From a bacterium (GTDB taxonomy: Bacteria > Zixibacteria > MSB-5A5 > WJJR01), in the NCBI GenBank assembly GCA_021813505.1, contig JAKAKI010000040.1, forward strand, positions 56,559-120,558: a DNA stretch of 64,000 nt. Direction: 5' to 3'. The notes beneath the pieces are model-generated. The model did no database searches, had not been told where the DNA came from, and worked only from the letters and a program-made list of their open reading frames with translations. Made by a program: the position numbers and the translations under genes. Positions 9,271-18,422 of the stretch are shown here, one piece after another (position 1 is the first letter of the stretch; every line of letters starts with the position of its first letter).

Positions 9271-9601
9271 AGTATTAACCCAGTTGAACAAGACAAATGG
9301 CGTTACCGGCAGCATGGTGGTCGGCAACGATGGCATCGTGATCGCCGCAGACCTCAACAGCCAGATCGAGGACGACACGGTCGGTGCAATGGCTTCGTCC
9401 ATTGTGGCGACTGTCCGGCGGTCGATGACCAGCCTCGGAAATGGTGAGTTCTCCCAGATTACGGTCGAGGCGGACAAGCGCAAGATGTTCCTCGCCGATG
9501 CGGGCGTCGGAACCCTGGTGGTGACGACGGAGCCGCGCGTGAATATCGGGCTGGTGAGGCTCGAGATTCGCAACGCGATCAACGAATTGCGCAACGCCTG
9601 A
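9263..9601 (+). CDS. Stand-alone roadblock/LC7 (MglB/MglC-like) protein
   Basis: AGGAGG RBS; GVTGSMVVGNDGIVIA...NIGLVRL; overlaps upstream stop. Confidence 0.88.
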   Translation: MYEVLTQLNKTNGVTGSMVVGNDGIVIAADLNSQIEDDTVGAMASSIVATVRRSMTSLGNGEFSQITVEADKRKMFLADAGVGTLVVTTEPRVNIGLVRLEIRNAINELRNA

Positions 9602-9648
9602 GAGGACCGCCGGCAGCAGCGGCTGCAGGCCGCGGAGAAAAGCAGCGA

Positions 9649-10605
9649 ATGGTAACCATCAATTACGCGTTTCGGGAGATTAGTTGTAAGATCGTCTACT
9701 ATGGCCCGGGTCTGTCCGGCAAGACGACCAATCTCCAATACGTGCATGATCGTGTCCCGTCCAAGTCCCGGGGAGATCTGATCTCCCTGGCCACCGAGGC
9801 GGACCGGACACTCTTTTTCGATTTCCTGCCGATTCACGTCGGTGACATCGCCGGGTTCGCGACCAAATTCCAGTTGTACACCGTGCCGGGCCAGGTCTTC
9901 TACAACGCCACGCGGAAGCTGGTGCTTCGCGGCGTCGATGGGATCGTGTTTGTCGCCGATTCGCAGACGGCGAAGATGGACGAGAACATCGAGTCACTGA
10001 CCAATATGTTCGAAAATCTTCGCGAGAACGGTATTGATCCGGCGGATATCCCGATCGTGCTGCAATACAACAAGCGTGATTTGCCGGACATCGTTTCCAT
10101 CGAAGAACTCCAGAAACAGCTGAATCCCTCCGGGTGGCCGTACTCCGAGGCATCAGCGGTGAGTGGCATCGGCGTCTTCGACACCCTCAAGCGAATCACC
10201 AAAATGGTGCTGGAACAGACCAAACGGCGGACGGCCGTCACGCCTGACGGTTTGCCGCAGATGGGTGAGGGAGTGCAGCCGTCTCCTGTCCACGAGCCGC
10301 ACGCCGCTTCCAGCATTTTGGAATCGAGTGGAAAGATCGCCCGGCCCCAAGCGCCTGCCGTTGCGGAAAGCTGGCCGTCGCCCAGCGATGCGCCGGTGGC
10401 AGTCGCTGCCGAAGAACCTGCGGTTACCGTTGCCGCGCCGGCCTCCAGAGAATCCGTTTCATCGGAGCGCCTGGGCGGGGCACCTGAATCGAATTCGTCA
10501 TCCTCGCGTGGCCGGATTGTCATGGCTGCGCAGCCTAGTTTGCGTATCCGAACCCGGCAGCGCTCGTTCTGGGGGCGCGTGCTGGATTGGTTGTCCGGTC
10601 GTTAG
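9649..10605 (+). CDS. mglA: MglA-family small GTPase with ~125-aa C-terminal extension
   Basis: KIVYYGPGLSGKTTNL (G1), RTLFFDF (G2), LYTVPGQ (G3), QYNKRDL (G4). Confidence 0.93.
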   Translation: MVTINYAFREISCKIVYYGPGLSGKTTNLQYVHDRVPSKSRGDLISLATEADRTLFFDFLPIHVGDIAGFATKFQLYTVPGQVFYNATRKLVLRGVDGIVFVADSQTAKMDENIESLTNMFENLRENGIDPADIPIVLQYNKRDLPDIVSIEELQKQLNPSGWPYSEASAVSGIGVFDTLKRITKMVLEQTKRRTAVTPDGLPQMGEGVQPSPVHEPHAASSILESSGKIARPQAPAVAESWPSPSDAPVAVAAEEPAVTVAAPASRESVSSERLGGAPESNSSSSRGRIVMAAQPSLRIRTRQRSFWGRVLDWLSGR

Positions 10606-10615
10606 GAGGTGACCG

Positions 10616-11095
10616 ATGGCGTCGCATTCATTTGTACTATTCGAAGAGCAGATCAATCAGATCAACGCAGCCTTGCTGCGGATGATCAAGAAGGCAGAGG
10701 CGAAGTGTGCTCTCCTGGTGGACAAGGATGGCCATCTGCTCACCCGACAGGGGTTCACTCAAACCCTGGATACAACTGCGCTGGCGGCGCTGCTGGCTGG
10801 GAGTTTTGCCTCTACCAAGGAGATCGCCCGTCTGGTGGGCGAGCCGGAGTTCTCGGTGCTATTCCACCAGGGGAAAAAGGACCACATCCACATTTCGCTG
10901 GTGGGTGAGCGGTGCATTCTCGCCGTCGTGTTCGATGATCGCACCACCATTGGAATGGTGCGCCTATACGCCAAGGAAACCGGCGACCGACTCAAGGAGA
11001 TACTGACAGTCACAGGGAATCGTGAGGAGCCCGCGTTAGATCCCGATTTCACCCGGTCCGCCGGGTCGAAGATCGACGCGGTCTTCAAAGAGTAG
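10616..11095 (+). CDS. mglB: MglB roadblock GAP
   Basis: 159 aa; LLVDKDG, DTTALAALLAG, LVGEPEF..FHQG, FDDRTTIGMVRL and terminal IDAVFKE parallel Myxococcus MglB; AGGAGG RBS. Confidence 0.9.
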   Translation: MASHSFVLFEEQINQINAALLRMIKKAEAKCALLVDKDGHLLTRQGFTQTLDTTALAALLAGSFASTKEIARLVGEPEFSVLFHQGKKDHIHISLVGERCILAVVFDDRTTIGMVRLYAKETGDRLKEILTVTGNREEPALDPDFTRSAGSKIDAVFKE

Positions 11096-11165
11096 AGGTT
11101 CCTCCAGCCTTTTTGCCGGCATGTGACCATTCACCGCGGTTCGCCCGCGTGTCAGACGAGAGACC

Positions 11166-12857
11166 ATGTCCCAAGAACTCGGCCATATGCTGGTCAAGGC
11201 TGGGAAGATCACGCCTGAGCAACTGGCTCAGGCGCTCGAACGGCAGAAATCCAGCAGTGAGAAATTCGCCGACATCCTCGTCCGCATGGGTGCGGTGGCC
11301 GATGAGGACGAGCTTACTCATTTCATCGGCCGCCAGCTCAACATCGGGGCTCTGCGCTTGTCCGATGTTGAACTCAACCCCGAGATCGTCAAGGTCATTC
11401 CGCTCGATATTGCCCGGCGTTTCAATGTCATCGCCATTTCCAAACTGAACAAGACGCTGGTGGTTGCCATCAGTGATCCGCACAACATCTATGTGCTGGA
11501 TGCACTCAAGTTCATCACGGGATGCACGATCCAGCCCGTCATTTCACCGGAACGGGCGATCGGACGCGCGATTGACCAATACTACCGCGACAGCGGCGGT
11601 ATCGGTGATCTGCTCAAGGGACTCGAGGATGATGGCGGGCTTCAGGTCATCGAAACGCAGGACGCGCTGGACGAATCCGATCTGCGTTCACAGGTGCAGG
11701 ATAAGCCCTTGGTCAAGCTCGTCGATGGCATCATCATGGAAGCCATCCGGCGGGGTGCCTCGGACATTCACATCGAGTCGTACGAAAAGCGCGTGCGCGT
11801 CCGTTACCGCATCGACGGCGTGCTGCATGAAACCGAGCCACTGCCGTTCAAATATCGGGCCGCCATCGTTTCGCGCGTCAAGATCATGGCCGAACTCGAC
11901 ATTTCGGAACGCCGTCTGCCGCAGGACGGACGCATCAAGGTCAAAGTCGGCGCGCGGGCGGTTGACCTTCGCGTATCGGTGCTGCCCACGATTTTCGGCG
12001 AAAAGGTCGTGATGCGAATTCTCGACCCGCAGTCCCTGATGGCTGACCTGACACAACTGGGATTCCCGGAGCTCGCGCTCAAGAACTTCCAGCATGCCAT
12101 TTCCCTTCCCTACGGGATGATCCTCGTCACGGGACCCACAGGCTCCGGCAAGACGACCACACTGTACTCGGCGCTGAAGACTCTGAACGATCCTGAGGTC
12201 AATATCCTGACCGCCGAGGACCCGGTGGAGTTCAATTTTGACGGAATCAATCAGGTGCTGGTCCGGAGCGACATCGGCCTGACCTTCGCGGCATCGCTGC
12301 GCTCCTTCTTGCGACAAGACCCCGACATCGTGATGGTCGGCGAGATTCGAGATGGAGAAACCGCGGAGATCGCGATCCGCGCGGCACTGACGGGGCACCT
12401 TGTGTTTTCCACGCTTCACACGAATGATGCGCCCTCCTCGATCAACCGTCTGATCGATATGGGCATTCCGCCATACCTGGTCGCCTCGGCCACGAAGCTG
12501 ATCATGGCCCAGCGAATGACCCGAAAGATCTGCCCGCATTGCCGCAAGGAAATCGAGCTTACGCCCGAGCATCTGGCGGCTCTGGGGATCGCCCCGGAAG
12601 AGGCAAAAGAGCTTCATGTCTTTGAAGGAGCGGGTTGCGCGGAGTGCAATCACACCGGACTGTCCGGGCGAACGGGTATTTTCGAGGTGATGCCGATTTC
12701 GCCAATTGTTGAGCGGATGGTCCTCGACTCCGCATCGGTGGATGAACTTCGGCAGCAGGCTGTCAAGGAAGGGATGCTCACCCTGCGTATGGCGGCGGTG
12801 GGGAAGATGAAGCTGGGACTCATTCCGATTGAGCAGGTTCTGGCAGAGTCCGCCTGA
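11166..12857 (+). CDS. pilB: Type IV pilus assembly ATPase PilB
   Basis: ASDIHIE, ERRLPQDGR, GPTGSGKTT, LRQDPD, CPHC/CAEC Zn motif. Confidence 0.95.
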   Translation: MSQELGHMLVKAGKITPEQLAQALERQKSSSEKFADILVRMGAVADEDELTHFIGRQLNIGALRLSDVELNPEIVKVIPLDIARRFNVIAISKLNKTLVVAISDPHNIYVLDALKFITGCTIQPVISPERAIGRAIDQYYRDSGGIGDLLKGLEDDGGLQVIETQDALDESDLRSQVQDKPLVKLVDGIIMEAIRRGASDIHIESYEKRVRVRYRIDGVLHETEPLPFKYRAAIVSRVKIMAELDISERRLPQDGRIKVKVGARAVDLRVSVLPTIFGEKVVMRILDPQSLMADLTQLGFPELALKNFQHAISLPYGMILVTGPTGSGKTTTLYSALKTLNDPEVNILTAEDPVEFNFDGINQVLVRSDIGLTFAASLRSFLRQDPDIVMVGEIRDGETAEIAIRAALTGHLVFSTLHTNDAPSSINRLIDMGIPPYLVASATKLIMAQRMTRKICPHCRKEIELTPEHLAALGIAPEEAKELHVFEGAGCAECNHTGLSGRTGIFEVMPISPIVERMVLDSASVDELRQQAVKEGMLTLRMAAVGKMKLGLIPIEQVLAESA

Positions 12858-12960
12858 TCCATTTCTATCAAGTGGCCCCTGCCGGAAGCCGATAAATCCT
12901 AAAAGGGCGTATTGGGCAAGCGAAAGTCAACGAATCAGCTCGGGGAAAGACACTGATCAT

Positions 12961-14061
12961 ATGGTGACGTTAAGAGAATTGCTGGAATTGGCGCATCAGC
13001 GCAAAGCATCCGATCTGCACCTGACAGTGGGATCTCCCCCACAGTTGCGCATCGATGGCCGGCTGGTTCGTACCGAAATGGAGCCGCTGACGGCCGAGCA
13101 GACCAAGAAGCTGGCGTACAGCATCATGAACGAAAAGCAGCGGAAGAAATTCGAGGAATCCTGGGAGCTGGACCTCTCCTTTGGAATCGAGAATCTCAGC
13201 CGTTTTCGCTGCAACGTATTCGTCCAGCGCGGCAATGTGGCCGTGTCGATCCGGCAGATTCCGTTCAAAATCAGCACCTTCGAAGAGCTGGGCCTGCCCC
13301 GCGTGGTCAGCGAACTGGCCAACCTGCCGCGGGGACTCGTGCTCGTCACCGGACCGACCGGATCGGGCAAATCGACGACGCTGGCGGCGCTGATCGACAA
13401 GATCAACCGCGAACGCTATTGCCACATCATCACCGTCGAGGACCCGATCGAATATCTGCACCGGCACCACTGTTCGATCGTCAACCAGCGCGAGGTCTAC
13501 TCGGATACGACGTCGTTTTCTTCGGCGTTGAAGTATGCGCTGCGCGAAGACCCCGACGTCGTGCTGGTGGGCGAAATGCGCGATCTGGAGACGGTCGAAT
13601 CCGCCCTGCGGATTTCCGAAACGGGCCACCTGGCGTTTGCCACGTTGCACACGAATTCCTGCGCGGAGTCCATCAACCGCATCATTGACGTGTTTCCGGT
13701 CAATCAGCAGGAACAGATTCGCGTGACGCTGTCATTCGTGCTTCAGGCGGTCGTCTCGCAACAGCTGATTCCGCGCGTCGGCGGCGGCCGTGTGCTGGCC
13801 CTTGAGGTCATGATTTGCACGCCGGCGATTAGGGCGGTCATTCGTGACGACAAGATTCATCAGATATACAGTTTGATCCAGGCGGGGCAGAAGTTCGGCA
13901 TGCGCACGATGAATCAGTCGCTGGCGGAATTGTACCTGGGGCGGAAGCTGACGATGGGCGACGCGGTTGCCCGGTCGAGCAATCCGCAGGAAATCAATGA
14001 TATGATCCAGCGCAGCCAGGTGCTGGCCGGGACTCGCGACCACGCAACAGTAGGAGGTTGA
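12961..14061 (+). CDS. pilT: Type IV pilus retraction ATPase PilT
   Basis: ASDLHL, GPTGSGKSTT, LREDPD, GEMRD, AIRAVIRD (AIRNLIRE-like); ATG 12961. Confidence 0.95.
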   Translation: MVTLRELLELAHQRKASDLHLTVGSPPQLRIDGRLVRTEMEPLTAEQTKKLAYSIMNEKQRKKFEESWELDLSFGIENLSRFRCNVFVQRGNVAVSIRQIPFKISTFEELGLPRVVSELANLPRGLVLVTGPTGSGKSTTLAALIDKINRERYCHIITVEDPIEYLHRHHCSIVNQREVYSDTTSFSSALKYALREDPDVVLVGEMRDLETVESALRISETGHLAFATLHTNSCAESINRIIDVFPVNQQEQIRVTLSFVLQAVVSQQLIPRVGGGRVLALEVMICTPAIRAVIRDDKIHQIYSLIQAGQKFGMRTMNQSLAELYLGRKLTMGDAVARSSNPQEINDMIQRSQVLAGTRDHATVGG

Positions 14062-14062
14062 T

Positions 14063-15262
14063 GTGCCTCTGTTCGAATACAAAGGGAAGACACTTGCCGG
14101 CACCGCGGTGGCGGGCGAACTCCGCGCCAAGAGCCGGGCGGATCTCGAACGCCTGTTGCGCCGCAAGAAGATCATGATCTCGAACGTCAGCAAGAAGCCG
14201 TCGCAGCTCAAATTCAAGCTGGGAACCGGCATCAAGAAGATCGAGATCTCGCGTTTCACGCGGCAGTTCGCCACAATGATCGGGGCAGGTCTGCCGATGG
14301 TGCAGTGCCTGGACATCTTGTCCAAGCAGATGGAGTCCGCCGAACTGCGGCGCATTGTCGGGCAGGTTAAAGAGTCCGTCTCGAGCGGCTCGACCTTGGC
14401 CGAGGGACTCTCCAAGCACAAGAAGATTTTCGACGACCTGTACGTCAATATGGTCGAGGCCGGTGAGATTGGCGGTGCCCTGGACACGATCTTAGTCAGG
14501 CTGGCCAATTATCGTGAAAAGGCCGATGCCCTCATCCGCAAAGTGCGCGGGGCTCTCGTCTATCCGACCGTCATCGTGGTGGTGGCACTGGCCGTCACGT
14601 TCATTATGCTAACGTGGATTGTGCCGGTGTTCGCGAAGATGTTCTCGGGCCTCGGTGCGGAATTGCCGGCACCGACGCAGATCGTGCTCGGTATCTCCGA
14701 ATTCCTCCGTCAAAACGTCGGGAAGATCCTCCTGTCCTTCATTGCACTGGGTGTCCTCTTCCGGATGATGTTGCGAACCGACAAAGGACGGCTGAACTTT
14801 GACCGGTTTATGCTGAAGGCTCCATTGATCGGTACGCTGGTACGCAAGAGCGCGATCTCCCGCTTTACCCGCACGCTGGGAACGTTGATTTCATCGGGCG
14901 TTTCGATTCTTGACGCCCTGGAGATTACGGCCAAGACGGCGGGCAATCGTGTGATCCATGATGCCATCCGCCGATCAGTGCTGGCGATTGCCGAAGGTGA
15001 TACGATTACCGGACCTCTGGTCCAGACCGGCGTATTTCCGCCGATGGTCACGCAGATGATCTCGGTCGGCGAAAAGACCGGCGGGCTGGACGATATGCTT
15101 TCCAAAATTGCGGACTTCTATGACGAAGAGGTCGACGCTGCCGTCAGTGCGCTGACATCAATCATTGAGCCGGTCATCATCGTGTTCATGGGCGTGGTGA
15201 TTGGAGGCATTCTGATCGCCATGTATCTGCCGATGTTCGACATCATCGGGAAGATCAAGTAA
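14063..15262 (+). CDS. pilC: Type IV pilus platform protein PilC (T2SS F family)
   Basis: FTRQFATMIGAG, AGEIGGAL, VGEKTG, AMYLPMF; GTG start after AGGAGG. Confidence 0.95.
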   Translation: MPLFEYKGKTLAGTAVAGELRAKSRADLERLLRRKKIMISNVSKKPSQLKFKLGTGIKKIEISRFTRQFATMIGAGLPMVQCLDILSKQMESAELRRIVGQVKESVSSGSTLAEGLSKHKKIFDDLYVNMVEAGEIGGALDTILVRLANYREKADALIRKVRGALVYPTVIVVVALAVTFIMLTWIVPVFAKMFSGLGAELPAPTQIVLGISEFLRQNVGKILLSFIALGVLFRMMLRTDKGRLNFDRFMLKAPLIGTLVRKSAISRFTRTLGTLISSGVSILDALEITAKTAGNRVIHDAIRRSVLAIAEGDTITGPLVQTGVFPPMVTQMISVGEKTGGLDDMLSKIADFYDEEVDAAVSALTSIIEPVIIVFMGVVIGGILIAMYLPMFDIIGKIK

Positions 15263-15278
15263 TCAGTTGACGCAAACG

Positions 15279-15306
15279 TGACCGGCGCCCCCAGGGGCGC
15301 CGGTCA
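15279..15306 (+). terminator. GC-rich hairpin after pilC (terminator or mRNA stabiliser)
   Basis: tgaccggcgccc-ccag-gggcgccggtca, 12-bp perfect stem; weak U-tail. Confidence 0.55.
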
Positions 15307-15346
15307 TTCCCCAGGTTGCCTGAGAGCCGGGCCCGGAAATCCTCCC

Positions 15347-17119
15347 ATGTTTGTCTACAGCCGGCGCCATTCCGCAGTTGCTCTGCGGCCGTCCTGGGTG
15401 GTTAGCACGCGCCTGGTGGCCTATGCCGTGACGACAGCGCTGGCGTGGCCGCTGCTTCGAACCACGCCGTATCTCACCAGTTCGCTGATCATCTACACCA
15501 CGGCCACGATCACGACCGTCCTGGCGGTGCTCATGGGACGGCGGCACGCGGCGTCTCCGCTTGCCTCGGTCCTGAGGGCCGCACAGATTGCCTGCGAACT
15601 GGTTGTCGTCTCGCTGATCGTCCTTCACACCGGCGGGACACGGTCGCCGTCGTTCTACCTGTATCTGACCACCATCATCTCCGCGGCGGTGTCGTATCGC
15701 CTGATCGGAACGCTCTTTGTGGCATCGGCGGCGACGGCGGCCTACTGCGTCGTGGTATGGATCGACTCCGGCCACGGGCTCTCGATCTTTCAGCCCAATC
15801 AGTGGCTTGGGACTGTCCGGCAGCTGTCGGATGAGGACTTCTTCACGGCATTCGTACGACTGTGCATTTTCTACCTCTGCGCGTTTGTCGGAGGGTACTT
15901 GGCGGAGCGGCTGTCTTCGAACGATGAAGTGCTGGCACACACGACGGAGGCGCTTAAAGAGGCCAAGCTCGAAACCGGTGATATTCTGAAGCACCTGAAT
16001 TCCGGGATCTTTACGGTCGATCTGGAAGGCCGCATCGTCTATTTCAACCGGGCGGCGGAGGAAATTCTCAGACTTCCGGGACGGCGCGTGCGCGGACGCC
16101 ACTTCCATGAGGCCTTTGAGGGACGATACCCTGAGCTGGTCAGCCGGCTCGAGACGGTGCTGCACTCCCAGAAGATGGATACGCGCACCGAGCTGACGAT
16201 TGATCACGCCGATGGCACGAAGACGCCGATCGGTCTATCGACGTCGGTGCTTGCCGATGCCGAGGGGAAGGCCCGGGGCGTGATCGGAATCTTCCAGGAT
16301 TTGACCGAGCCCAAGATGCTGGAAGAGAAGTTGCGGGCAAAAGACCGCCTGGCAGCGGTGGGCGAACTCTCGGCGGCGATCGCGCATGAAATCCGCAATC
16401 CTCTGGCGGCCATCTCAGGATCCGTTGAGGTTCTCCGCGACGAATTGAAACTCGAAGACGACAACCGGCGGCTTTTGAACTTGATTGTCAAGGAATCCGA
16501 TCGGCTCAACAAGATCCTGACGGACTTCCTGATGTACGCGCGCATTCGTCCGACCGTCGCCGGGCGGGTCAGCATTGCGCCGGTGATCGATGACGTGCTC
16601 GAGATCACGCGGCGGCATTTCCAGGGGCGGTCGGTCCAGTTGCGAACACGGCAGGCCGACCAATCATTGGCGGTGCAGGCCGATGCCGACCATCTGAAAC
16701 AGATCTTGATCAACCTGGTCTTCAACGCCGTCGAGGCGGGCGAGAGTCCCGACAGCGCCGTGACCGTGATTGTCGAAATCCCGCACGTGTTGCCCTTTGA
16801 CCCAAGGTTTGATGCCGACCGGAACAACCCGGCCCAATGGGTTTCCATCGCGGTCCACGACAATGGCGGCGGCATACCCGTTGAGGTCCGCCACCGTCTC
16901 TTCGAACCGTTTGTGTCCTCCAAGCCATCCGGAACCGGTCTGGGACTGGCCATAACCTCCCGGCTCGTCGAGAACATCGGTGGCGCAATCACGGTGGAAA
17001 GCCAGCCCGGACGCGGCACCACGATGGGAGTACTCCTGCCCCGGTGCGCGGCCACTGGCGAGGCTTCGGCATCGGACGAGACTTCCCCGCAGGACCTCGC
17101 GGTCGTGGCTCACAGCTAG
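15347..17119 (+). CDS. pilS: PilS-like membrane PAS sensor histidine kinase
   Basis: Multi-TM N-terminus with TGG..SPSF, PAS domain, H-box AHEIRNPL, N-box QILINLVFNA, DNGGG, GTGLGL; follows pilC. Confidence 0.8.
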   Translation: MFVYSRRHSAVALRPSWVVSTRLVAYAVTTALAWPLLRTTPYLTSSLIIYTTATITTVLAVLMGRRHAASPLASVLRAAQIACELVVVSLIVLHTGGTRSPSFYLYLTTIISAAVSYRLIGTLFVASAATAAYCVVVWIDSGHGLSIFQPNQWLGTVRQLSDEDFFTAFVRLCIFYLCAFVGGYLAERLSSNDEVLAHTTEALKEAKLETGDILKHLNSGIFTVDLEGRIVYFNRAAEEILRLPGRRVRGRHFHEAFEGRYPELVSRLETVLHSQKMDTRTELTIDHADGTKTPIGLSTSVLADAEGKARGVIGIFQDLTEPKMLEEKLRAKDRLAAVGELSAAIAHEIRNPLAAISGSVEVLRDELKLEDDNRRLLNLIVKESDRLNKILTDFLMYARIRPTVAGRVSIAPVIDDVLEITRRHFQGRSVQLRTRQADQSLAVQADADHLKQILINLVFNAVEAGESPDSAVTVIVEIPHVLPFDPRFDADRNNPAQWVSIAVHDNGGGIPVEVRHRLFEPFVSSKPSGTGLGLAITSRLVENIGGAITVESQPGRGTTMGVLLPRCAATGEASASDETSPQDLAVVAHS

Positions 17120-17302
17120 CGAGACACGTGGCGAGTGCGACCGTCACGGGAGCGCCCTGCATTCCCCTCGAAGTGATTTGTCTGTGACCGTCATGGTCCT
17201 CTAACTCCATCGTGCACAACAAGGTTTTGCCCGCACGTTCGGGGTTTTCCATTGACTCACCGCTTTGGCTTGCCGTATGATCCTGTGCTCAAGAAGGATC
17301 AG

Positions 17303-18280
17303 ATGGAAAAGACGCTTCAAAAGACCCTCGCCCCGATTGCTGATGGGTTGCGGGATTTTGAGGAGGCGTTTGCCGCAGCGCTCGGCGACCACGCCGGACT
17401 GATCGGGGCCATGGCTGCCCATGTTCTGGCGTCGCCGGGCAAGAGGATTCGCCCGGCAATGTATCTTCTGACCTCTTCGATTGCCCGGACAGGGGAGAGA
17501 CCGACCCCAATTGACGGCGCTGTCGCCATTGAACTGATCCACACGGCCACTTTGCTGCATGACGACGTAAACGACGGTGCCGAGCAACGCCGGGGCCGTC
17601 CCGCAGTCAATCGTCTCTGGGGCAATCTCTCGGCCGTTCTGATGGGAGACCACCTGTTTGCCAAGGCGTTCCGAATCATGGTTCGCCTGGGCGATGCCCG
17701 CATCCTCGATTCCATCTCCCACGCCACAGAACGCGTGGCGGTCGGGGAACTGTTGCAGGTTCAGGAAGTTCGGAATTTCCAGCTTGAGGAATCCGGCTAC
17801 CTCCGGATCATCGGCGACAAAACGGCGTCCCTGTTTGCGGCGGCTTGCGAGTCGGGGTCTCTGCTCAGCGGGACAGATCGCTGGGCCTCACGTTTCCGCC
17901 AGTTTGGCGAGTCGGTCGGGCTTGGATTTCAGATTGCCGACGATCTTTTGGATTATGTGGGCGACCAATCACTGACCGGCAAGCCTGTTGGCAATGACCT
18001 GAGGGAGGGAAAAGTAACACTCCCCTTGATCTTTGCCCTCAAGCATGGGCCGGAGTCGGAACGCCGCCATATCCTGGAGCACATCTCCAACGGGCACGCC
18101 GAAAGCAGTTTTTCGGAGGTTGTCGGCTTTGTCGAACGGTATGGGGGATTTGCCTATGCCCGCGGGCGCGCCGAGGAGTATTGCGCCCGGGCACTCGATA
18201 TCATCAAAGACGCCGGAGACTCGGATCACAAACTGGCGTTGGAGGCAGTCGTTAATCACGTCGTCAGCCGCCAGTCGTGA
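17303..18280 (+). CDS. Polyprenyl diphosphate synthase (IspB-like)
   Basis: GKRIRP, LLHDDVND..RRG, KTA, FQIADDLLD, GKPVGNDLREGK. Confidence 0.92.
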   Translation: MEKTLQKTLAPIADGLRDFEEAFAAALGDHAGLIGAMAAHVLASPGKRIRPAMYLLTSSIARTGERPTPIDGAVAIELIHTATLLHDDVNDGAEQRRGRPAVNRLWGNLSAVLMGDHLFAKAFRIMVRLGDARILDSISHATERVAVGELLQVQEVRNFQLEESGYLRIIGDKTASLFAAACESGSLLSGTDRWASRFRQFGESVGLGFQIADDLLDYVGDQSLTGKPVGNDLREGKVTLPLIFALKHGPESERRHILEHISNGHAESSFSEVVGFVERYGGFAYARGRAEEYCARALDIIKDAGDSDHKLALEAVVNHVVSRQS

Positions 18281-18422
18281 CTCAAGGCCAAACCGGCGGA
18301 TGAATTCTTCACTCCCACCGTTGCCGTGTGACTCCAGACGCCAATTTCCTGCCAACGGGATGCCTGCCGGAGTGTAGAAGCATCCGTTGTTCGGTGACAC
18401 GTAAGCTGGGCCGCCAGCAGCT

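Noticed and set aside
11688-16207. Long antisense ORFs over pilB/pilT/pilC/pilS (similarly over eno, metK, rnr and the C10 gene)
   Set aside because: Shadow frames expected in GC-rich coding DNA; no motifs recognised
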